In this document: piece after piece, positions 57,456-64,000 of the stretch | How positions within the stretch are numbered: position 1 is the stretch's first letter | Layout of the letters: each line of letters begins with the position of its first letter | Origin: an uncultured Saprospiraceae bacterium | GTDB lineage: Bacteria > Bacteroidota > Bacteroidia > Chitinophagales > Saprospiraceae | Direction: 5' to 3' | NCBI GenBank assembly: GCA_937973565.1 | Contig: CALJKQ010000064.1 | Coordinates: forward strand, 3,671 to 67,670 | Length of the DNA stretch: 64,000 nt | Made by a program: the position numbers and the translations under genes | The notes under the pieces: generated by a model | What the model saw: the letters and a program-made list of their open reading frames with translations, nothing else | Databases searched by the model: none | Told to the model about the DNA's origin: nothing

Positions 57456-58064
57456 ATGAATATTGATATTACAAACCTGGACAATTTCGACACCATTTTC
57501 AATGAGATGATGATTGAGGTTTTGGGAGCAATGGAAAATACGCTGCCAGCATATCTCACTTATCATAGTGTTGAGCATACACGCGGAGTTTTAAATGACG
57601 CTATCCATATAGCAAACATGGAGGTTGTATCCGAAATCGATTTGAAAAAAATCAAAATTGCGGCTTTATTTCACGATACAGGATTTATGTTTACCTATAA
57701 AGACCATGAGGAAGCAAGCTGTGATTATGCCCATAAAATCCTGCCAGGGTACCAAATAAGTGATGAAGATATAATACATATCAATGAAATGATTATGGCC
57801 ACCAAAATTCCCCAAACACCCAAAGATCATTGCGGAAAAATATTGGCGGATGCTGACTTAGCCTACCTGGGTACTGGTAGTTTTGAAAAGATTTCATCTC
57901 TATTATTCAGTGAGCTGAAACACTTCAACCCATTACTGAATGTAGCAAGTTGGAATGAAATTCAAATTAAATTTTTAAAACAACACCAATATTTTACAGC
58001 ATATTGTGTTACTGAGAAATCAGCTATAAAGGATGCCCACTTACTGCGTTTGATAAAGGGGTAA
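57456..58064 (+). CDS. HD-superfamily metal-dependent phosphohydrolase
   Basis: H...HD...D pattern: YHSVEHTRGV, AALFHDTGF, LADADLAYLG. Lies 30 bp downstream of the patatin gene. Confidence 0.8.
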   Translation: MNIDITNLDNFDTIFNEMMIEVLGAMENTLPAYLTYHSVEHTRGVLNDAIHIANMEVVSEIDLKKIKIAALFHDTGFMFTYKDHEEASCDYAHKILPGYQISDEDIIHINEMIMATKIPQTPKDHCGKILADADLAYLGTGSFEKISSLLFSELKHFNPLLNVASWNEIQIKFLKQHQYFTAYCVTEKSAIKDAHLLRLIKG

Positions 58065-58074
58065 AAAGCATCAC

Positions 58075-58192
58075 CATAAAGTGCACAAGGAACACACAAA
58101 GTTCACAAATGAGGCGATGTGAAAAGTAGTGTCCTTAGTGCCACCTCTGTGACCTTAGTGGTAAAAAAAGATCACCACTAACTCATTTTACA
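58075..58192. repeat. REP/MITE-like imperfect inverted repeat in the intergenic gap
   Basis: The left arm caccataaagtgcacaaggaacacacaaag resembles the reverse complement of the right arm ccttagtgccacctctgtgaccttagtggt. A terminal hairpin ttagtggt-(11 nt)-accactaa is present. atcaccataaa / atcaccactaa recur at both ends. Confidence 0.45.
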
Positions 58193-58194
58193 AC

Positions 58195-58743
58195 CTATTT
58201 TTGTTGAGGCTTCCATAGAGAATAAGTGAGATTTATAACAAAAATCAACTGTGAAGTTAAAAAGATAAATAGACAGATAAAAATAAAAAGGTCAGCGTAT
58301 TGGCTTTTATACATGTTAGCTTCTTTGTAATAGTGGCCCTGACCAGATACAAAAAATATTATCAACAACAAGGTTGCCACAGAAATCCAGGCATGGACAG
58401 CACTTAACCCTTTGTTGAAGCTTCGTTTCATAACGGTTGGGATGAGATAATATGCCAGGGTACATAGTCCCAATATCAAAGCCACAGCCATATACAAATG
58501 AAAGGTAGCTATAACCAAATAAGTATCATGCCATTGAAGATCAAATAAGGCACTTCCCGACCATATAGTATTTATACTGGCCAACAAAATCGTTGAGAGA
58601 AAACCGATGGCAAATAAGCGGGTACCTGGGTTTGAAGATAGGTTTGTGTATTGGGTGATGATATATTTGGAAAAAAGAATGGCAGCAGTAAAGATGCAAA
58701 TATAAATTAGAAGGGAATACAGATGGGGCGGAGCAGCATTCAT
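58195..58743 (-). CDS. 5-TM membrane protein resembling the C-terminal helices of haem-copper oxidase subunit I
   Basis: FDLQWHDTYLVIATFHLYMAV aligns with the CoxI helix-X motif LHDTYYVVAHFHYVL. The downstream SAVHAWISV resembles AKIHFAIMF. Confidence 0.65.
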   Translation of the reverse strand: MNAAPPHLYSLLIYICIFTAAILFSKYIITQYTNLSSNPGTRLFAIGFLSTILLASINTIWSGSALFDLQWHDTYLVIATFHLYMAVALILGLCTLAYYLIPTVMKRSFNKGLSAVHAWISVATLLLIIFFVSGQGHYYKEANMYKSQYADLFIFICLFIFLTSQLIFVINLTYSLWKPQQK

Positions 58744-58884
58744 GACTTTTTTAATTTTAAGTAAATTTACAACTTATTTTATTATGAAATGGAATTTAGC
58801 ATATGATATCTAAAGCTGCTGAATGTAGATGGAATACTTAATTAGTAAATTTCTTAAAAGACAGAGCTCGAATAAATTTTTATT

Positions 58885-58917
58885 AAAGTAAGCAGCCTTC
58901 CACAGGCTGCTTACTTT
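58885..58917. terminator. strong hairpin downstream of the lipoprotein gene
   Basis: Perfect 13-bp stem aaagtaagcagcc / ggctgcttacttt with the 7-nt loop ttccaca. Lies 31 bp past the stop at 58948. There is no long U-run on either strand. Confidence 0.5.
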
Positions 58918-58947
58918 ATGCTACAGATTCTTCCTTTAGTGGAAAAT

Positions 58948-59430
58948 TTAATCCCTGCGTTTTAATTCGATTTCCTTTTCATCCAGGGTCTTACTGTTGA
59001 AATCCACGGATTCTTTCACCAACAATCTGGCTTTGATTACAGATGGATAGTTGGTAAATTGAGATGTGTTATCAAAAAGTACCCAGGTAACCGTAGGAGA
59101 GTTGTTAATTGAACATTCAATATTAAATCCAATGAATAGTAGATTATTAGAATAATTAATTGAGCCTACACTGCCCAGCAAATCTTTTTTAATGGGATTT
59201 AAAGTATTGATATAATATGGTTTTATCAGAGTCTTTGAATTATCTATTCCAACTAAAATAGACTTATCCAAACAATGAAAATTGACATCGGTTTCATAAA
59301 AAGTATAACTATCCTTTTTAATGCAGTCAATTTCTCCGTATGGAATTTCATCAGCGCTGCAGTTGACATCATTTTGATCACAGCAGGCAAGGACACAGAG
59401 AGAAACAGGAAGTATGATTAGCCATTTCAT
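58948..59430 (-). CDS. hypothetical lipoprotein, translationally coupled to the upstream T9SS cargo gene
   Basis: Lipobox MKWLIILPVSLCVLAC. Its ATG overlaps the upstream stop (ATGA at 59427-59430). No recognisable domain. Confidence 0.7.
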   Translation of the reverse strand: MKWLIILPVSLCVLACCDQNDVNCSADEIPYGEIDCIKKDSYTFYETDVNFHCLDKSILVGIDNSKTLIKPYYINTLNPIKKDLLGSVGSINYSNNLLFIGFNIECSINNSPTVTWVLFDNTSQFTNYPSVIKARLLVKESVDFNSKTLDEKEIELKRRD

Positions 59431-61658
59431 TGTTTAATAATTTTATTCCAGAAGTTATTGCCATTACTATCAGTGAGCAGAACCACATACATACCTTTCA
59501 CCAAATTGGGTAATGCAACACTAAAATACTGATATTCAAACGAATCCACTAGCGTTTGGTCCAAAATCTTTGTTCCTTTAAGATCATATATTTTTATTGC
59601 ATATATTTTTGTGTCTTCATTCAATACAATGTTGAGTTCATTTGCTGTTAATGGATTCGGATATATTTTGATGCTATTTTTATCAGCTCTGCTGAGAAGG
59701 ATAGACTCATTTCTGTTTTTTAAACCGATACTATCTCTGATAATATCATTTAGCAAAGATATTTCAGATACGTTAATCTGTTTATTTCTTATTTTGGTAA
59801 CATCAGGATTGGGACCACACCCAATCAAAGCTACACAATCACTCATACATTTTATTTTTACATCACAACAATTGGTTGTTTCAAACGCTCCTGGCCATGG
59901 TCCAAATGAACCGATAAAGGATCCTGTTAAAAGTTTCATGGTAGCAAGTCCAAAAGGAGGGTCATCAAAAACTACAGACCAGTTGGATTCACTGGTATTA
60001 TTGGGTTCATCCACAGGGGGTAGATCCTCTGTGGATGCATCAAGACTGCCTAAAGTATAGGCCCCGATTTTTTCACACTCACAGTATGCTGGCACTTCTC
60101 CTTCCTCGTTGGGAATTGTATTTAATACGGTTGCCAAATAAAAATCAGAATTAATTTGGGCAATGGCTTCTCCATGGTTGACAACTTTACCCCCAAATGT
60201 TGCATTTGATACTAAGGTAAACTTCAATTCATCTCCGGGAGCTATTTCATATCTTTTCTGACCATGAAACAAGGTGTAATCATCCAGGTTTAATTCACCG
60301 CACAGACTTTCAGCGAAAGTGCTGTTGTAAAAAGCAACTGCTGAAGTGGCTGCTGCGAAAATATTGGCGGTTGTGGCGCTTCCAATAGCCGTGCTAATGG
60401 CATCAACAAGTGTATTGGCACTTGTCAATGCACCATCAATGGTTGGGTCATCTTCAGGTACATCACATTTTGCCATGAATTTTTTTTCACCGTGAATAAT
60501 TGTGTCCTGAAGCACGCCATTTTTATTTACAAACATCATAGCCCAATCTTCAATGGAAATCCAAGCCGATTGCTGACACAAGACACAGGAATAGGTTTGA
60601 GCCGTTAAGAAGGTCTTTGAATAATAGCCATACTCAGTTTCAATTTGTTTATTGCAGGCTTTGCAGTTTTCAAGATTGGGACTAATGGTTGCCGGGTCAA
60701 CACAGACAAGTCTGTACCTTATGGTGCTCCAGCCTTGATGTAAAGACGTTTTAAAATTGTTGGGAGAACTGTCTACGCCATCATAGAACATGTGCATTCT
60801 TCCCGCTTTAGCAGCACCAATTCTGCCTTGTGAAAAAATAAAATCATTATCTTCAGGTTTAGTATCAAAATTTTGTGCAAAAACGTCTGCATCATAATTC
60901 ATGCAATCTTCCTCTTCATTGAAATTGGGTATGCCTTGTACATTTAAAGCGCTGTCTTTGGTTCTTATCAACTTACATAGGCAATCACCGGTTGGGCTGC
61001 CTCCGGGATTAAAATTGTTGTGGAATTCTGTAAACAAGGCACACATATTTTGAAGCCAGGTGTCGTTGGCTACTGTGGTAGAAGTAAAGTTTGAGCCAAC
61101 CACTTGATTATATCTGCTGACCATATCACAAATTTGTTGTGTTGTTAGTTTTAAAAATTTTTGAAAAAATGCAAATAGCTCGACTTTACTCACTTTCTTG
61201 CCACACCAAAAGGTATATAAAGAAGATTTGGTTTTTGTGTATTCATCAATGTACTTGTAGAGACGCTCAGTAACATTAACCATGCTGTCATCTTTGGTGT
61301 TGATTCTAACGATTTTTGTAGTTATTCTTCCTGAAGAATCGTAAATTTTAACTTCAAATTCAAGTGTGTTGTTGGATGGGCTTAAGTCAAATATTTCTGT
61401 TTCATTGTTTTCTATTTGTACTCTGGTAGTTTGGATAATTTGATTTAGAGTAGTTACGTCTATTCTTGTTATCCTGGTTGTGGACTCTGATAAAGTATCT
61501 TGATAGAATTTTAAATAAGTGGCTGTTTTACCATTGCACATATCCAACAGCATGTATTCATAATTGACTTTGATTGGTTTTTCCGCATGAAGCCAATTGA
61601 TACTCAGAAAAATGAAAAATAGAAGGAGTAGCGTTTTGATTTTTTTCATCTTAAACAA
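59427..61658 (-). CDS. orphan Cys-rich secreted protein with T9SS C-terminal sorting domain
   Basis: Signal peptide (MKKIKTLLLLFFIFLSINWLHA). The C-terminal ~80 aa, KIYPNPLTANELNIVL...LPNLVKGMYVVLLTDSNGNNFWNKIIKQ, matches the type A T9SS CTD pattern. I recognise nothing in the rest. Confidence 0.8.
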   Translation of the reverse strand: MFKMKKIKTLLLLFFIFLSINWLHAEKPIKVNYEYMLLDMCNGKTATYLKFYQDTLSESTTRITRIDVTTLNQIIQTTRVQIENNETEIFDLSPSNNTLEFEVKIYDSSGRITTKIVRINTKDDSMVNVTERLYKYIDEYTKTKSSLYTFWCGKKVSKVELFAFFQKFLKLTTQQICDMVSRYNQVVGSNFTSTTVANDTWLQNMCALFTEFHNNFNPGGSPTGDCLCKLIRTKDSALNVQGIPNFNEEEDCMNYDADVFAQNFDTKPEDNDFIFSQGRIGAAKAGRMHMFYDGVDSSPNNFKTSLHQGWSTIRYRLVCVDPATISPNLENCKACNKQIETEYGYYSKTFLTAQTYSCVLCQQSAWISIEDWAMMFVNKNGVLQDTIIHGEKKFMAKCDVPEDDPTIDGALTSANTLVDAISTAIGSATTANIFAAATSAVAFYNSTFAESLCGELNLDDYTLFHGQKRYEIAPGDELKFTLVSNATFGGKVVNHGEAIAQINSDFYLATVLNTIPNEEGEVPAYCECEKIGAYTLGSLDASTEDLPPVDEPNNTSESNWSVVFDDPPFGLATMKLLTGSFIGSFGPWPGAFETTNCCDVKIKCMSDCVALIGCGPNPDVTKIRNKQINVSEISLLNDIIRDSIGLKNRNESILLSRADKNSIKIYPNPLTANELNIVLNEDTKIYAIKIYDLKGTKILDQTLVDSFEYQYFSVALPNLVKGMYVVLLTDSNGNNFWNKIIKQ

Positions 61659-62395
61659 CTTTTAAATAGCTAAAGGTTTCTCAGACACCAGTTTAAAATC
61701 ATTTTTTCATGATGTAGGGCCGAGTCTGCAGTTTAATGCCCGGGACGCCAAAATTCATTTAATTTCCACTTATTTTCATTTCTTTTCCCAATAAGCTTAG
61801 TATATTAAATTTCTGATGGTAATTTTTAAAAATGAAAAACTCAATCACGAAGCTGTAATTACAGCCTATGATTAAAAAATGAGATACAGCAATTCTGACT
61901 AAGAACCACTAAATTAATTCTGACTTACTGTTTATTTTCTGTGAGTATGCGTTTTCGATTTCATAGCTGAGTTCCTTTCTAATTCAAATATAGTATTAAT
62001 TATTTATAACAGAAAATTTATTTTATAAAAATATGTTAAAATTTATATAATGTACAAAACATAATGTAAATAAATATTACTTCATCATGTGTCGATCTAC
62101 ATTATTCAAATTGATTAAGGCAGCCAACAATCTAATTATAAATAAAACCCACCATTCCGTTTTGAACATCCCATCTTAAAATATTTTTATGTAAAAGGCC
62201 ACCGCTCTAACAGGAGAAATAAAAACCGAAACTAATTCCAGGAAGGTACGAATTAAATTTTGATAATTCATTTAGCCATAGTTAAAATACACCACTACAC
62301 GATACTCAATTAGGTTGAGCCATCTTTTTGAATTTTATTTAACATTATAATTTTTAATAATTCCAACGTTCCATAAGCCAAAAGTATCCTTGGAA

Positions 62396-62881
62396 CTACG
62401 GATTCACCTTCCAGATTTTATCTGAATAGGGCAGGTATTCCGGCAAGGCTGCAGATCCAAACCAGGTTAGCAATTCATAGCCTAGCAAACAATTTTTTAT
62501 AGCGGGATCCGTTTGCAGCAGGGCATGGGCTTCCTCGGGTGTATTGAGCTTGTTCAGAATAAAAATCCCTCTGTATTGTAGTTCGTTTTTTGCCAGTGGT
62601 CCGGCCACAATGAGTTTGCCCTCCTCCACCAGTCGGTGAATATTGGACATATGACCTTTGAAATACTCATTTGTTTCTTCTTTGGTGGCCGAGGTATTTG
62701 AACCTGTTTTCAGGATTACCAGAAAATAGGATTTCATGCCGTAATCATTGGCACCCAATTTTTCGGCCAGGGCTTTATCGTAATTGGGATTGGCAATTGG
62801 GGTCGTTGTCTCTGATTGTGCCACAAGAAAATGCAGGGAAAAGCAAAAAACAAGCGTCAAAAGATTTTTCATTACTATCAT
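62396..62881 (-). CDS. secreted YciI-like (DGPF) domain protein
   Basis: Signal MKNLLTLVFCFSLHFLVAQ. YFLVILKTGSN...GHMSNIHRLVEEGKLIVAGPL...GIFIL...EEAHALLQTDPAI follows the YciI-family pattern. Confidence 0.6.
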   Translation of the reverse strand: MIVMKNLLTLVFCFSLHFLVAQSETTTPIANPNYDKALAEKLGANDYGMKSYFLVILKTGSNTSATKEETNEYFKGHMSNIHRLVEEGKLIVAGPLAKNELQYRGIFILNKLNTPEEAHALLQTDPAIKNCLLGYELLTWFGSAALPEYLPYSDKIWKVNP

Positions 62882-63088
62882 TAAATATTGGTTTATAAAA
62901 TGCTATGCATTAAAGGTATACATTTCCTTATTTCCTGATAAAATTACCACAAAATTATTATGACCAGGCTTTCCTGGATGATTGTTTGCCTTACCTTAAA
63001 AACATTGTATTTTTCATTTTTCTTGACGGCATAAAATATTTATTTTCAAGTAAATATGTATTTGTATATTTGATACACTTACTTTATA

Positions 63089-63345
63089 ATGAGAGCCTAT
63101 TGCATCAGCCTGTTTTTGGTGACTTAGTGTTATACCCTGGCCGGGGCTCAGTCATATCGTTTATTTACCATGCGGGATGGCCTTTCTCAGATGAAAATAA
63201 CCTCTTTGCATCTCGATAAACGCGGCTATCTTTGGATAGGCACTCGCAATGGTCTCAATAAGTTTGATGGTGAAAAATTGAGGTCTATATCGAAAATGAG
63301 GGCTTATTGCAAAATAGGATGTATGACATTGACAAAGACCGGATG
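63089..63345 (+). pseudogene. decayed N-terminal remnant of a two-component 'regulator propeller' (Reg_prop/Y_Y_Y) sensor
   Basis: ATG at 63089 gives the signal peptide MRAYCISLFLVT, then an in-frame TAG at 63125. The same frame continues CYTLAGAQSYRLFTMRDGLSQMKITSLHLDKRGYLWIGTRNGLNKFDGEK. The homologous sequence (IEVYIENEGLLQNRMYDIDKD) continues only after a -1 shift at the A5 run 63273-63277, and similarity is then lost. Confidence 0.7.
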
Positions 63346-63566
63346 GCTATTCTTTTCATTCTTACTTATTATGTATTATTGATGGGTCTAATTTTGCTTT
63401 CTAGTTTGGTCCTTATGCCAGCGTGTTCTTTGATCTGAATGTTGCCGAGGAAGGATAATGTATGGAATTGTGAGCATTATATCAACAGGGCTTTGTATGC
63501 ATTATATGAGGGTAAACAAATATTTTATGGATTCAAAAAAAGTCCAGTAAAAAAAATTTACGTACT

Positions 63567-64000
63567 TCAAATTTTTAGAAACCAGCCTGCTTTCGATTGA
63601 GTTTTCAGTATGTATAGCCCTGGAGCAAGTGAAGTAACATCTATTCGGACACAGGCTTTTGAGCTCTTATATAGAAGCATCCCACTGGCATTGTATATTT
63701 CATAACCATCGTAAGTACTGACTTCAAGAATCCCATGGGTCGGATTGGGATAGATGGAATGTGAAATCTCATTTTCCACATCTTTCGTTTCTGTTGTGCT
63801 TTTACATCCCATAAATCCCACCACATTGTCCCATAAATTGCAGGCTTCGGTCCGGATACCACATTGGTTGCCATCAGGATCATCGTTTATTTCAAGGTAA
63901 CAATCATCGTTGCTTTGGTATGGATTCCATACTTCGAGTCCAACGCCATTGGGATTGCCGGTCTTCGCAAAATTGACCCAGTAATTCAGCATGTTATATT
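63567..64000 (-). CDS. C-terminal part of a carboxylesterase-type (type B) hydrolase with T9SS sorting domain; 5' end beyond window
   Basis: YWVNFAKTGNPNG is the conserved C-terminal carboxylesterase motif. The tail SIYPNPTHGILEVS...LAPGLYILKTQSKAGWFLKI is a T9SS CTD. The frame is open to the window edge. Confidence 0.75.
   Translation of the reverse strand, partial: YNMLNYWVNFAKTGNPNGVGLEVWNPYQSNDDCYLEINDDPDGNQCGIRTEACNLWDNVVGFMGCKSTTETKDVENEISHSIYPNPTHGILEVSTYDGYEIYNASGMLLYKSSKACVRIDVTSLAPGLYILKTQSKAGWFLKI

Noticed and set aside
54111-58064. Calling the cyclase/patatin/HD trio a bona fide CBASS or Pycsar system
   Set aside because: There is no CD-NTase-fold enzyme. The cyclase has purine-type specificity residues and a membrane sensor-like domain, which is more typical of signalling cyclases. 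I keep it as a hypothesis in the findings, not as an annotation.
62986-63219. 77-aa plus-strand ORF
   Set aside because: It is out of frame with, and overlaps, the recognisable sensor remnant. It is a by-product of the pseudogene region.
1-64000. tRNA/rRNA genes, transposases, integrases, prophage or plasmid genes
   Set aside because: I scanned the intergenic regions and the ORF products by eye and found no T-arm-like GGTTCGAATCC motifs, DDE or tyrosine-recombinase motifs, or phage structural genes. Absence is by inspection only and should be confirmed with tRNAscan-SE, ISfinder and similar tools.

Overview
Densely packed chromosomal segment, almost certainly from a Bacteroidota genome. Supporting signs are a SusC/SusD pair, three T9SS-type C-terminal sorting tails, lipoprotein signal peptides, TAnnTTTG-like promoter boxes and TTG starts. 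I call about 55 protein genes. I found no rRNA, tRNA, CRISPR array, transposase, integrase or prophage genes. Most of the window is housekeeping: gnd (cut by the window edge), dapA, folA, mreC-mreD-mrdA, queD, aroQ, recQ, kpsF, ade, a thiolase, rpsT and ahcY. Accessory content is: (1) an ECF sigma / FecR / STN-TonB-receptor surface-signalling unit; (2) three tandem POT peptide transporters; (3) a LacI-controlled SusC/SusD locus whose only cargo genes are two ~1100-aa FG-GAP/ASPIC-UnbV proteins, with no glycoside hydrolase; (4) a 1015-aa secreted metzincin carrying plant-type LRRs; (5) a terminator-bounded block of 29-bp tandem and inverted repeats next to rpsT; (6) a four-gene operon of secreted proteins built around a non-canonical YidD-like domain; (7) a KirBac-type K+ channel next to a membrane class III cyclase, a cNMP-binding patatin phospholipase and an HD hydrolase; (8) a visibly AT-rich tail (about 58.8-63.6 kb) holding an orphan Cys-rich T9SS cargo gene translationally coupled to a small lipoprotein gene, a 737-bp ORF-free gap and a decayed sensor pseudogene. 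My best candidate for an undescribed functional system is the cyclase / CNB-patatin / HD module. The T9SS cargo-lipoprotein pair and the YidD-like operon come next. All functions are inferred from motifs read by eye; no database search was possible.
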